Shown here: positions 1 through 10,142 of the stretch, in pieces
Numbering within the stretch: the first letter of the stretch is position 1
Layout of the letters: every line of letters begins with the position of its first letter
From: a candidate division WOR-3 bacterium
GTDB taxonomy: Bacteria > Hydrothermota > Hydrothermia > LBFQ01
Reading direction: 5' to 3'
Length of the DNA: 64,000 bases
Assembly: GCA_027050205.1 (NCBI GenBank)
Contig: JALUCS010000104.1
Span: forward strand, 1 to 64,000
The notes under the pieces: model-generated
The model's input: the letters and a program-made list of their open reading frames with translations, nothing else
Database searches by the model: none
Told to the model about the DNA's origin: nothing
Made by a program: the position numbers and the translations under genes

Positions 1-2
1 AC

Positions 3-482
3 GACCACGACCCCTCGCTGGCTCCTCACTACCGGCGTCTCAAGGGTTGCTTCGGCATGGAGGGGGTGGAGTTTCACCTGAAGGACGTCAGGGACTTGAG
101 GTACAGGGACGTACCCGAAGGGATAGGGATAGTGGTGGCCGAGAGGGTACTACACCACCTGAAGTTCGGTGAGGCCGTCAAGGTCCTGAAGCTCCTGAAG
201 AACCGTACCCTACCCGGAGGGAGGTTCTTCCTCTCCTTCTCCGGTCTCAACTCTCCCATCGGTGAGGTCTATCCCTACGCCCACCTGCCAGTTGAACGGA
301 GGTACGGTCGTCTTAGGGGAGACGTTGCGGAGAGGTTCCGGATAACGGGGGAGGTGTGCCTGTACGCCGTAGGGGACGTCAGGAGACTGATGGAAGAGGT
401 GGGAGGGATGCGAGAGATAACGGTCCGGGAGACGGCCTTCGGAAACGTCCTCGCCATATACGAGAGGACCTCTCAGAGGTAG
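3..482 (+). CDS. Class I SAM-dependent methyltransferase-like protein, 5' truncated by window edge
   Basis: Frame is open from nt 3; motifs 'VEFHLKDVRDL', 'RVLHHL' and 'LPGGRFFLS' are typical of class I MTases. Confidence 0.6.
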   Translation, partial: DHDPSLAPHYRRLKGCFGMEGVEFHLKDVRDLRYRDVPEGIGIVVAERVLHHLKFGEAVKVLKLLKNRTLPGGRFFLSFSGLNSPIGEVYPYAHLPVERRYGRLRGDVAERFRITGEVCLYAVGDVRRLMEEVGGMREITVRETAFGNVLAIYERTSQR

Positions 483-1126
483 AAGGTGACCCTCAGCTTC
501 AGGCTCTCCTCCCGCCTTAGGAAGTCGTAGAATACGTAGGTGTCCTGCTTACCCTCTATGGTAGTCTTAAAGGAGAAGACCCGGAGGACCTGGAGGCCAT
601 ACTCCAAGCCGACGGAGAGGTTGTCCCGGAGGAAGTACTCCCCTCCGAAGCGGAGGGGGACGGTAAAGAAACTGCTGTTCAGGGAGTGGGAGGGGACCTC
701 ATCGGGGGCCGTGTAGTACCCGTCGGAGAGAACGTTGGCTAAAAGTCTGTAAGCCCCCAGAACTTGGGTGATGGAGACCTCCGTACTGACCCTTACGATC
801 ACATCCTCCATGGCGATGGGTACGTAGGTTAGACCGAAGGCCATCTCCATAGGTACGACGTTGTAGTCCAGGTAGTACATCACCGTATCCCCGGACGGAC
901 ACGGGGTGTAGAACGTAAAGTGGCCCCTGCCAACGCCTCCGCCGAAGGAGGCGTAGAACCCGAGCCAATCCTCAAAGTAATATCCTCGTCCCACCCTGAA
1001 ACCGTAGGCCCTGACATCGTAGTCGGTGTTAAGGGGCGGGGAGAGGAGGGAGGGCAAAGTGTAGGATTGGGCCTCAAGGGACCAAAATGGCCTACCGGCA
1101 AGGATCTGGGCGGTCAGAAACAGCAT
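473..1126 (-). CDS. Hypothetical outer-membrane beta-barrel-like protein
   Basis: Short hydrophobic N-terminus, alternating G/aromatic strands, C-terminal 'LRVTFYL'; TATAAT box 8 nt upstream. Confidence 0.5.
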   Translation of the reverse strand: MLFLTAQILAGRPFWSLEAQSYTLPSLLSPPLNTDYDVRAYGFRVGRGYYFEDWLGFYASFGGGVGRGHFTFYTPCPSGDTVMYYLDYNVVPMEMAFGLTYVPIAMEDVIVRVSTEVSITQVLGAYRLLANVLSDGYYTAPDEVPSHSLNSSFFTVPLRFGGEYFLRDNLSVGLEYGLQVLRVFSFKTTIEGKQDTYVFYDFLRREESLKLRVTFYL

Positions 1127-1177
1127 AATGGGGCATTATAAAGGTGGAAACGGCTCGGATATATAATCCCCGGCCGA

Positions 1178-1597
1178 ATGCGGGTACTCCTCGTGACGGC
1201 CTGCGGTAGGAGTAAGGAGAGGGAACCTGCACCCGCTTGGAGGCTCTATAGGTCCTCCCGTATAAGGTACCTTAAAAAGGTGGCCGATAGGGTCGGAGTG
1301 GGGTACGCCATCTTGAGCGCCGGATACGGTCTGGTGGAATCGGAGGAAATCTTGGAGCCTTACGACCACTTGATGGACGATGGACGGTGTGAGGAGCTTT
1401 TACCTTCCATCGTTAGGAAACTCCGGAAGTTGGCCCCGGAGGTCGTGGTCTTCTACCGTGGCGGTGCTGGGAAGCCCTACCTGCGTTGCATCAGGCGGGC
1501 CTGCGCCACCCTCGGCATTTCCTTGGTTGAGGTGGGGTACGCCAACATGGGAGACATACGGAAGGTGGAAGGGATACTGAAAGAGTTGGCCGGTTGA
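1178..1597 (+). CDS. DUF6884/YaaA-like protein
   Basis: 'LLVTACGRSK..PAWRLYRS..YAILSAGYGLV..ILEPYD' matches the recalled DUF6884 signature. Confidence 0.7.
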   Translation: MRVLLVTACGRSKEREPAPAWRLYRSSRIRYLKKVADRVGVGYAILSAGYGLVESEEILEPYDHLMDDGRCEELLPSIVRKLRKLAPEVVVFYRGGAGKPYLRCIRRACATLGISLVEVGYANMGDIRKVEGILKELAG

Positions 1598-1598
1598 T

Positions 1599-2579
1599 AT
1601 GATACCTTTCTTTGTGGCCGACAGACCCATATCCCTTGAAATCCTGAAGGGGTTCTTCCTTATGCTTCCGGACAAGGTCTTCGGGATACTGACCCACGCG
1701 TACACCTCCAGCCGCTTCTCCGAGAAGTTTGCCCGCTTTCCTTACGGCACCAGGGCGAGGTACATGGAGGAGGCGGAGGGTACGGACGAAGAGATGGCCA
1801 AGCGGATAGTGAAGTTCGCCGACAGTGGCATCTTCTCAAAGGACAGGCGGGTATCCTACACCCTCCTGTTCAAGAGGTATACCGAACTTAACGCCCAGTA
1901 CGGGGCCATAATAGACTTCTTCCACGACCCCCAATCCACCTTGGAGAGCGCCCGCAAGGCCATCCGCATATACGAGCGAGGAAACTACCCCTTCAACCTC
2001 GTGGGTGTGGTTCAGGGCAACACCTTGGACGACTACCTCAAGGGGTACGAGGCCCTCCTTAACATGGGGTACAGGTACATCGCCATAGGGGGGATGTTGA
2101 GCAGGAGCGGGAGGAGCAACTTCCTCGGTCTGCGGAGGGACGGCTGCTGCGAGGTGGAGAGGCTCGTCTCGGAGATAAAGAGGGAGTTCTCCCCGGATTG
2201 GCTCTTCGTCTTCGGTGTCCTATCACCCAAGAGGTTACCCCTTCTGAAGGAACTCGGAGTCTGGGGGGCGGACTACAAGGGGTGGCTGTATCACTACGAG
2301 GAGGACTACTCCTTCGTCGTAAGCTACCTCAAGGAGTACGGGATAGACCGTAGGGACAGGGCGGAGATAGTGCGGCTGCTGCGCCTCTACGGTGAGTACA
2401 GGAGAAGGGGCTTCAAGACGATGTATAACTTCAGCGAAAGGGATAGGGAGAGGGGGAGGCTCCTCAAGGAGATGAAGAGGGAGATAGATTCCAAGCTGAA
2501 GAAGTACGGCCTCTCGCTCCAGTTCTTCAGGATAAGGCGGGTGAGGGAAAACCTGGCGGCTATGTTCTACGACATCTGA
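1599..2579 (+). CDS. Divergent tRNA-guanine transglycosylase (TGT/DpdA)-fold protein
   Basis: Ordered TGT motifs 'FADSG', 'IID', 'VGVVQG', 'YIAIGGM', 'LFVFG', 'GAD'; no Zn-binding CxCxxC. Confidence 0.65.
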   Translation: MIPFFVADRPISLEILKGFFLMLPDKVFGILTHAYTSSRFSEKFARFPYGTRARYMEEAEGTDEEMAKRIVKFADSGIFSKDRRVSYTLLFKRYTELNAQYGAIIDFFHDPQSTLESARKAIRIYERGNYPFNLVGVVQGNTLDDYLKGYEALLNMGYRYIAIGGMLSRSGRSNFLGLRRDGCCEVERLVSEIKREFSPDWLFVFGVLSPKRLPLLKELGVWGADYKGWLYHYEEDYSFVVSYLKEYGIDRRDRAEIVRLLRLYGEYRRRGFKTMYNFSERDRERGRLLKEMKREIDSKLKKYGLSLQFFRIRRVRENLAAMFYDI

Positions 2580-2598
2580 CCCCCCTTAGAATAGCGTA

Positions 2599-3093
2599 GT
2601 GATGGTTCTGGCGTTCGTTTTGGCGTGTCCGTACGGGGACCCCTTGGATGCGGCCGCTTCCGGGAACTTAGAGGCCGTAAAGTGCTGGGTGGAGGAGTCC
2701 CCCTCCAACGTAGAGTACAGGGGAAAGAGCGGTGAGACCCCATTACACATCGCCGCCTTGAACGGTAAGGAGGACGTGGTCCTCTACCTCCTAAAGGCCG
2801 GTGCCAACCCTAACGTGAGGGACGGCAGAGGTAGGACCCCCCTCCATCTGGCCGTACTCCGGGGCCACCTCCCTGTAGTTAAGATCCTCATAGAGGCTGG
2901 GGCCGACCCCAACGCTAGGGATGAGGACGGCAACACTCCCCTACACTACGCCGCCGTCGTGGGCTATGAGGACGTCGTGGCCTATCTGGTCTCCCACGGG
3001 GCGGACCCTAAGGCTAAGAACAACGGCAACATAACCCCCTGCGACGTTACGGGTTCTCCCTCCGTAAGGAAGGCCCTCCACTGCCAAGGGTGA
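2599..3093 (+). CDS. Ankyrin repeat protein, probably exported
   Basis: Three full GxTPLHxA..G...V..L...GA.PN repeats; hydrophobic N-terminus. Confidence 0.92.
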   Translation: MMVLAFVLACPYGDPLDAAASGNLEAVKCWVEESPSNVEYRGKSGETPLHIAALNGKEDVVLYLLKAGANPNVRDGRGRTPLHLAVLRGHLPVVKILIEAGADPNARDEDGNTPLHYAAVVGYEDVVAYLVSHGADPKAKNNGNITPCDVTGSPSVRKALHCQG

Positions 3094-3874
3094 GGTTTAT
3101 CGGTTCTCCGGTATCACCGAGAGGGGATCGCCTGTCTGCCACCTGACGCCATACTGGTCTGTACCTTGTCGGGCGGGCCTGCTTCAAATTTGGAATCGGT
3201 ATTACGCTGGTGGGGGAGATAACTTATACGCGGGTCGACGCCGCATCCATCCGCCCGCACTTTCAAGAACTGAAAAAGTTGAGCTTCAAAGGATCACCCC
3301 ATTACCTTTCATAAAACTGTGGGACTAATTCGGGATTCTTGCATTTTTTGTGGAAAATTTTGAATCAAATCATATACAACCTAATTGACAGGAATTTTCA
3401 GAATTGTTGGGTCTTTAGTACATAATTTCTCATATTTCTACCAACATTTATCATATTCTACCCACCAAATACCGAAATCATGCTGAAAGATTCTGAACAG
3501 GAAAGGCCGGTGCGGAGGTGGGACGATTATGCCGCATTCAACGTCACTTTTATATTCCGAATTTGCAAATTTCTACGTATTTATGCTGAAAATCGGGTTT
3601 AAAACTAAAAATCCGCATTTTGCCTAAAGGTAACCAGTCCATTACTTAAGGTTGGAAGACTCGTACTTGTAGGAACGGATCACAACGGAAGCGGAGATCA
3701 TACTCACCAATCTTAACGTTGCAACCGATTTCGTATATAACGGATTAAAAATCGGATTTTTGAGGCTTATGGGGAAGATGTGGGCATTCTAAAGGGGGTT
3801 TAGGTCAAAAACAGTAAGTTTCGGCCCTTACGGGAGGCGGTCCCGACCGGCCGAACGCCTTACAATCTCATCCG

Positions 3875-4546
3875 ATGGACCGTAAGAGTCGTCTCCTGAA
3901 GTTCGTAAAGGTGGTCAAGGACACGTACGAGAAACTCTCCGAGGAGGAGGCCCCCGTGAAACTTATGAAAAAAGTCAAAGGGAAGTCCCCCTTCCACGCC
4001 CTGATAACTACGATGTTGAGCGTTCGGGCGAGGGACGAGGTAACCCACAGGGTGGCGGCCGAACTCCTGCGTAAAGCCCCCACCCCCGAAGCCCTATGCT
4101 CTATGCCCTTAGAGGAGATAGAGAGGATCCTCAAACCGCTCGGTTTCTACCGGCAGAAGGCTCGCAACGTAAAGGAGGCCGCCTGTAGGATAGTTGAGGA
4201 GTACGGTGGGAGGGTACCGGATACCCTTGAGGAGCTACTGAAGTTCAGAGGGGTGGGTAGGAAGGTGGCCAACATAGTCCTCTACAACGCCTTCGGCAAA
4301 CCAGCCGTGGGCGTGGATACCCACGTCTTCAGGATAATCAAGGAGAGGTGGCAACTCCTACCGGACGCCAAGAAACCGGAGGACGTTGAGAGGTTCCTTA
4401 TGGAGAACCTCCCCCGTAGGATGTGGGGGGAGGTGAACCGCTACCTCGTGGGGTTCGGTCAGGCGATATGCAAACCCATAAACCCAAGGTGTGAAATCTG
4501 CCCCCTCCGTCGTGAGTGTCCCTACGCCTCAAAAGGGAAAGAGTGA
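3875..4546 (+). CDS. nth: Endonuclease III (HhH-GPD, 4Fe-4S)
   Basis: 'GVGRKVANIVL', 'VDTHVFR', C-x6-C-x2-C-x5-C. Confidence 0.93.
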   Translation: MDRKSRLLKFVKVVKDTYEKLSEEEAPVKLMKKVKGKSPFHALITTMLSVRARDEVTHRVAAELLRKAPTPEALCSMPLEEIERILKPLGFYRQKARNVKEAACRIVEEYGGRVPDTLEELLKFRGVGRKVANIVLYNAFGKPAVGVDTHVFRIIKERWQLLPDAKKPEDVERFLMENLPRRMWGEVNRYLVGFGQAICKPINPRCEICPLRRECPYASKGKE

Positions 4547-4549
4547 TGA

Positions 4550-5047
4550 CTACTCCACTTCCACCCTCTCCACCTCAAACCTCCCCCCCTCAACCGTAAG
4601 TATGGCGAAGGATCTCCGACCGGCCATAACCCTATCGGTGGCCGAGCCGGGATTCAGCATCGTCACCCCATCTACCTTACCGTAGAACCACCGGTGGCTG
4701 TGGCCGAAGATTATCAGGTCCGTCTCTATCCCCTCCCTCCTGAACTTCTCCAATACCCGCTTCTCTATGCCGAGGGGGGAACCCACCCCGTGGTATATCC
4801 CTATCCTGACGCCCTCAAGGGTCTCCACCCTAAGCTCCGGGAGAAGGCTCCAGATGTCGGGGTCGTCCATGTTGCCGGCGACCCCCAATACCGGCCTATG
4901 GGCCTCCATCTCCCTTAGGACGGACAGGGTCGTGAAGTCGCCAGCGTGGATGATGAGGTCGGCCTCCTCCACCCTCTCGTAGAACTCCTTAGGTAGGGCC
5001 ATCGCCCTGTGGGGTATGTGGGTGTCCGATATTACGAGTACCTTCAT
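4550..5047 (-). CDS. YfcE/MJ0936-family metallophosphoesterase
   Basis: SDTH, HAGD, GNMD, GHSH and NPGS motifs. Confidence 0.9.
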   Translation of the reverse strand: MKVLVISDTHIPHRAMALPKEFYERVEEADLIIHAGDFTTLSVLREMEAHRPVLGVAGNMDDPDIWSLLPELRVETLEGVRIGIYHGVGSPLGIEKRVLEKFRREGIETDLIIFGHSHRWFYGKVDGVTMLNPGSATDRVMAGRRSFAILTVEGGRFEVERVEVE

Positions 5048-5238
5048 ATCTCCTCGTCTTCAAAGGGGTCCTTCTTCACCAGGATGGCCGCTACAGGGAA
5101 AACGGCGTAGCCGAGGACGAATAGGACGGTGGAGATCACCTTCTCCCCTACGGTCGTGAGGTAAAAGGCGGCGAGGATACTGATGACGGCCAATCCCCAC
5201 AGGATCCAGTTGATGGTCTTCATCTTCGGGGCCTTCAT
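5044..5238 (-). CDS. Small two-TM membrane protein
   Basis: Two hydrophobic helices; TACAAT 8 nt upstream; ATGA overlap with the next gene. Confidence 0.7.
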   Translation of the reverse strand: MKAPKMKTINWILWGLAVISILAAFYLTTVGEKVISTVLFVLGYAVFPVAAILVKKDPFEDEEI

Positions 5239-5262
5239 AGGTCGCTATTGTACGGCCGGTCC

Positions 5263-5688
5263 CTAATGCTCCTCCAAGGTCGTCACTAGGAAGGAGATAC
5301 CCCTGTCGGGGTATATGCTCGTTAGTTTGGCATGGAGAGGCTCCCCCCTACCGAAGAAGGTACGGGCCGCGGGGTAAATCAGAGGTAGGACGACGAGGTC
5401 CGGATGCTCGGAGTCTATGGTCTTGACTATGGCGTCCTCCGGCGAGCCGAAGAGGATGCGGCTCTCCATGTTTATTCCCGACTCCTGGGCATCCTCCATC
5501 AAGGATTTGAGGCCCTTCTCTATGTCCTCCTCGTACTCCAGGAAGCCCGTATCCAGCTCATCCACCGGGTTTATGGAGGATATGACGAGGAGGTCCGTCC
5601 CCGTGATACCCGCGAGGTATATGGCCACCTTAACCGCCCTCCTCCCGGCGGGGGAGCCGTCAAAGTATGCCAGGATCTTCCTGAACAC
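5263..5688 (-). CDS. Universal stress protein
   Basis: 'FRKILAYFDGS', 'GSPEDAIV', 'DLVVL'. Confidence 0.85.
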   Translation of the reverse strand: MFRKILAYFDGSPAGRRAVKVAIYLAGITGTDLLVISSINPVDELDTGFLEYEEDIEKGLKSLMEDAQESGINMESRILFGSPEDAIVKTIDSEHPDLVVLPLIYPAARTFFGRGEPLHAKLTSIYPDRGISFLVTTLEEH

Positions 5689-6881
5689 TACAGGTTTTCA
5701 ATCAGGGCGTCCGTGTACTCCGTCGTGGAGAGGGGTTCAACCCCTATGTGGCGGGCGAGGTCGTAGGTCACCTTCCTCTCGGATATGGTCTTGGCCACCG
5801 CCCTGTCTATCCTCTCGGCCGCCTCCTTCCACCCTATATGCTCCAGCATCAACTTGGCAGCGAGGATACCGGCGGTCGGGTTTATAACGTTCTTTCCGGC
5901 GTACTTGGGGGCGGAGCCGTGGACCGGCTCAAAGAGGGCGTGATAGTCTCCGACGTTGGCGCCGGGGGCCATTCCAAGACCGCCAACGAGGGCGGCGAGG
6001 GCGTCGGATATGTAGTCCCCGTTGAGGTTGGTGGTGGCGATGACGCCGTACTCGTCCGGGCGGAGGAGTATCTGCTGGAACATGTTGTCGGCTATGCGGT
6101 CGTTCACGAAGACCTTCCCCTCGGTGCGCTCCCCTTCGCCCTCAAAGACGACGTAGTCGGCGTACTTCTCCCTTATCAGCTCGTACCCCCAGTCCCTGAA
6201 GGCTCCCTCCGTGTACTTCATTATGTTGCCCTTGTGCATCAGGGTGAGGGTGGGGTAGCCGTGGGCTATGGCGTACTCTATGGCCTTCCTCACCAGCCTC
6301 TGGCTGCGGAACTTGGATATGGGCTTGACCCCTATGCCGGCGTCCTCGGGTATGTCGGTACCCATCTCCTCGTTCAGGAAGCGGCGCACCTTCTCGCACT
6401 CCGGGGTACCCATCTTCCACTCTATGCCGGCATACACGTCCTCGGTGTTCTCACGGAAGACCACCATATTAACCCTCTCCGGGTAGCGGAGGGGGCTGGG
6501 AACTCCGGGGTAGTACTTGGCGGGCCTAATGTTGGCGTAGAGGTCCAACATTTGACGGAGGGCGACGTTTAGGCTCCTGTACCCGCCTCCGACCGGCGTG
6601 GTAAGGGGTCCCTTTATGGCGACGTAATGCTCCCTTATGGCCTCCACCGTATCCTTGGGCAGAGGCTCACCCACCTCCCTTATGGCCTTCTCACCGGCCA
6701 GAAGCTCCTTCCAGACTATCTTCCTCTTCCCACCGTAGGCCTTTTCAACGGCCGCATCCACTACCTTGCGGACGGAGGCCATTATCTCCGGTCCCGTTCC
6801 GTCTCCCTCTATGAAGGGGATCACAGGGGTGTCGGGAACTACGAGCTTTCCGTTCTCTACCCTTATCTTTTCTCCGAGCAT
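5688..6881 (-). CDS. icd: Isocitrate dehydrogenase (NADP-dependent, E. coli type)
   Basis: 'IEGDGTG', '[11 protein letters not shown]', 'RENTED', 'HKGNIMK', 'NLNGDYISD', 'HGSAPKYAG'. Confidence 0.97.
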   Translation of the reverse strand: MLGEKIRVENGKLVVPDTPVIPFIEGDGTGPEIMASVRKVVDAAVEKAYGGKRKIVWKELLAGEKAIREVGEPLPKDTVEAIREHYVAIKGPLTTPVGGGYRSLNVALRQMLDLYANIRPAKYYPGVPSPLRYPERVNMVVFRENTEDVYAGIEWKMGTPECEKVRRFLNEEMGTDIPEDAGIGVKPISKFRSQRLVRKAIEYAIAHGYPTLTLMHKGNIMKYTEGAFRDWGYELIREKYADYVVFEGEGERTEGKVFVNDRIADNMFQQILLRPDEYGVIATTNLNGDYISDALAALVGGLGMAPGANVGDYHALFEPVHGSAPKYAGKNVINPTAGILAAKLMLEHIGWKEAAERIDRAVAKTISERKVTYDLARHIGVEPLSTTEYTDALIENL

Positions 6882-7168
6882 AAAGCCTTCATTTTAAGGT
6901 TGGAGGGGGCTATCATATCGGAACATCCCAATCACCCTTTCCGGCTGGAAGGGAGGGACTGCGAGGACCTTGAGGTTCTACCGAAATCTTCAATTATACC
7001 GTTCTTTCCGCAATACGACATTTCATTCGTAAAAATAGGGTGATATTCAAATCGGTGGTATTCTGCAGACTGGGCAATGACTACCTTTAGGGTCCATCGG
7101 TATGGATTTTCTCGTATCGCAGAAGTGAATCTTTCCCACAAAATCCGTTAATGGAAAGTACAAAGATC

Positions 7169-7212
7169 TTAAAGTGCAACTATCGGCTTACTGAAGTATA
7201 GGTGCAAGTTTG
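7169..7212 (+). repeat. 22-bp unit array (2 units)
   Basis: ttaaagtgcaactatcggctta / ctgaagtataggtgcaagtttg. Confidence 0.6.
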
Positions 7213-7660
7213 TAGATTTGCTTTCCTACCCAACGCACCTCAAACGGTGGGCTTTCCATCGGCACAGTACGATCACCGTCGGGGCGTCTCGGCGTTGTTG
7301 AAATTCCGTAGTGGGAATCGGGACGGTACGATGTAGTACTCGGATCTTCCCCTTCCGGAACTGGTGGAGGCTATCCTTACGGTACGTCCATAAGTAAGGA
7401 GTAAGGTAGGAGTTCAGGGGCGAAATTTCCCGTAAGTGCGATCGGTAGGCCATATCCTCATCGGTGAAATACCAAAGCGGCAACTCGCTTGAAGTCGTAG
7501 GAGACGGCTTCCAAGGACGATGGAGAAACGGGCGAGAGACCTAATCGTTTTGGGAGGCCACCCAATATCCCCGATCCCTCCATTCGTTGAACACGCACTG
7601 CTTGCCCGTTCCACCCGTATAATCCTGACCTAACAAGTCAGAAAAAGGAGGTAGGCGCAT

Positions 7661-8092
7661 ATGGCGATAAAGAGAAGCTCCGCAGCCGTATGGTACGGCG
7701 GCCTGAAGGATGGCAAGGGTAAGATGGTGGTAGGCGACGGTGTCTTTGAGGGGCAGTACTCCTTCTCCTCACGTTTTGAGGAGGGGGAGGGAACCAACCC
7801 GGAGGAGCTCATAGCAGCCGCTCACGCCGGCTGTTTCACGATGTTCCTGTCCGCCATCCTTGAGAAGGACGGCTACAAACCCGAAGAGCTGCGCACAAGG
7901 GCTACCGTCTCCCTTGAGCTGAAGGAGGAGGGTCCCCGTATAACCCGCATAGACCTGGAGGTTGAGGGGAAGGTCCCCGGCATAGACGCCGAGACCTTCA
8001 AAAAGTACGCCGAGACCGCCAAGGACAACTGCCCGGTTTCCATCGCCCTAAGCGGTGTCCCGGAGAAGACGGTAAAGGCTACCCTCCTTTGA
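7661..8092 (+). CDS. osmC: OsmC-family peroxiredoxin
   Basis: 'GTNPEELIAAAHAGCF' and 'CPVS'; SD AGGAGG upstream. Confidence 0.93.
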   Translation: MAIKRSSAAVWYGGLKDGKGKMVVGDGVFEGQYSFSSRFEEGEGTNPEELIAAAHAGCFTMFLSAILEKDGYKPEELRTRATVSLELKEEGPRITRIDLEVEGKVPGIDAETFKKYAETAKDNCPVSIALSGVPEKTVKATLL

Positions 8093-9407
8093 GGTAGTAG
8101 TAGGTCAGTGCGGCGGCCACCGCGAAGAGCAGGGTGGTCGCCGTTTTTTTGTCTATGGGGGAACTGCCCGTATTCAGGCGATAGAACAGGAAGGCGACGG
8201 CAGAACTTACCGCCCCCTCCATTATGAAGGCGTAGGCACCCCCTACCGTGCCGAGGGCCTTAACCAAGAGGAAGCCGGCGAATACGGAGACGGCGGCGTT
8301 TATGCCATGGATGACGAGGATGAGGTCGCTCCTGCCTACGGATAGGAGGAAGACCCTGTGGACGGAGGAGGCGGCGTTCAGGACGTAGGATAGGAGTATC
8401 AAAACGAGGAGAGGGGAGGCCGCCTCGTACCCCTTACCGAAGAAGTGTAGGATGGCCGGGCCAACGGCTATGAGGAGGGCGCCGAAGCCCATCTCCGCCC
8501 AGAGGATGTAGAGGGTGTAGGTGTGGACGGCCTTCCTCACGTCCCTCCCCTCGCCGATGGCCTCCGAAAGTCGGGTGAAGAGGACGTTCACTAGGGAGGT
8601 CTCAAGCATATAGACTGGGGACAGGATGAGGAAGGCCACCTTGAAGACCCCACCCTGCACTGCCCCCTTGAGGGAGCCGACGAAGACGGTCTTGATGTTG
8701 TCGGATAGGATGGAGAGGGCGTAGCGACCCCAGACGAACAGGCTGTACCTCGTCCACTCCCCCACCTCGTACTCCTTGCGGGGAAGACGGAGGAGCCTTA
8801 GGACCACCCTACCCGATGCTAGGGAGTTCCAGAGGAAGTTGGAGAGGAACTTGAAGACGTTGGAGAGGGTGGCCACCTCCGCCCCGTAGCCGGGAAACGC
8901 CGGGAGACCGACGAGGAGGACGAGGGACCTGACGACCGTAGGGAGGGCCAGGTCAAACAGCCCTACCCTCGCAAACATCCCCATCCCCTTCATAAAGGCG
9001 GAGAGGTAGGAGGAGAAGACCATAAAGGGAACGGCGAAGGCGTACAGCCTTACGAAGGGGGCGTAGGCTACGTCCCTCAAGAGGTACCGGGCTACGACCT
9101 CCGGGAACAGGGCGGCGGGAAGGAAGACGAGGAGAGAGGATAGTAGGGCGTAGGAGAGGGCGGTAGTTAGGATTCCGGACAGCAGCCCCTCCCTGTTGGA
9201 GGCCCGGTAGAGGGCGACGTACCTCTGTAGGGCGTTGGTGTATAGGGAGCCAAGGGCGAGGGCAAGCATGTTGAGGAGGTCCACAACCACCCCGTACCTG
9301 CCGTAGGCCTCGGCCGATAGGAACTGGAGGACGAGGTAGCCCATAAGGAGGTTCAGGGAGGCGGAAAGGAGGTTGCCAGAGAAGAGGTAGAGGACGTTCC
9401 GGAGCAT
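8079..9407 (-). CDS. Oligosaccharide flippase (Wzx/MOP family)
   Basis: About 12 TM helices; 'LSAEAYGRY' N-terminal motif. Confidence 0.8.
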   Translation of the reverse strand: MLRNVLYLFSGNLLSASLNLLMGYLVLQFLSAEAYGRYGVVVDLLNMLALALGSLYTNALQRYVALYRASNREGLLSGILTTALSYALLSSLLVFLPAALFPEVVARYLLRDVAYAPFVRLYAFAVPFMVFSSYLSAFMKGMGMFARVGLFDLALPTVVRSLVLLVGLPAFPGYGAEVATLSNVFKFLSNFLWNSLASGRVVLRLLRLPRKEYEVGEWTRYSLFVWGRYALSILSDNIKTVFVGSLKGAVQGGVFKVAFLILSPVYMLETSLVNVLFTRLSEAIGEGRDVRKAVHTYTLYILWAEMGFGALLIAVGPAILHFFGKGYEAASPLLVLILLSYVLNAASSVHRVFLLSVGRSDLILVIHGINAAVSVFAGFLLVKALGTVGGAYAFIMEGAVSSAVAFLFYRLNTGSSPIDKKTATTLLFAVAAALTYYYLKGG

Positions 9408-9528
9408 AAAGGGAGGGCATTCTAAGGGATAATTTTCCCGGTATTAGGCCGACGATGGAGGTATAGACGACGATGGGCGATTCCCTTTCAAAAGTTTGAA
9501 TTCCACGTATTCCGCTCTCAACGGGCAT

Positions 9529-9707
9529 GGGGTATTTGGCGGATAGGATGATGCATCCTTCAGGAGATTGAATTGCCGATGCCCGTCAATTTCCAGAAAG
9601 TGAGGCGTAGAGGAGGTAGAACATTAAGCCGATATGGGGATACCTATCCACCGTCCCGCATAGGTTATGGTTCCGAATTTTGGGGCGACAGGAAAAGGGA
9701 CAAGATA
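9529..9707 (+). repeat. ~180-bp dispersed intergenic repeat, copy A
   Basis: Colinear with 35598-35780; exact 18-mer CACCGTCCCGCATAGGTT at 9649-9666. Confidence 0.85.
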
Positions 9708-10142
9708 CCGTATTCGGCTGATGGTGTGATCTTTTTAAAGGGTCGTTGGGGCGAAGTTCCCTGTGCTGCCGGGACCTTGAACCCGTATTAGTGCCTTCCG
9801 TCAATTGCATCTCGCACCTTCTGAAACCTGATCCCGGAGGGAGTTGAACACGATGCCGTTCAAAATTTGCGACAAGGTCGCAACGATCCCGAAGTGCGAC
9901 TACCAATTTTTGGATGGACAGATGGCTCCTTCCCCCTATCGGCATAATACCGGTACCCTTGAATGCGACGTCAAGCCATCCTGTTCCCATACGAGATTTT
10001 CCTTTGGTCGGGCCGTTCAAAATCTTTCAACACGGGAACTATCCTCTGGAACCTTCCACATATGGAACGGATTTTTCGGCCTCCTAACAATCGCATAACG
10101 AATCTGCTGAACACCGTCCTTTCCCTCCTTACAATTGACGCC

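Noticed and set aside
3..482. Methyltransferase as part of the TGT-like module or as the TCGA methylase
   Set aside because: It is separated by an opposite-strand gene and the visible part lacks NPPY/DPPY or PC DNA-MTase motifs
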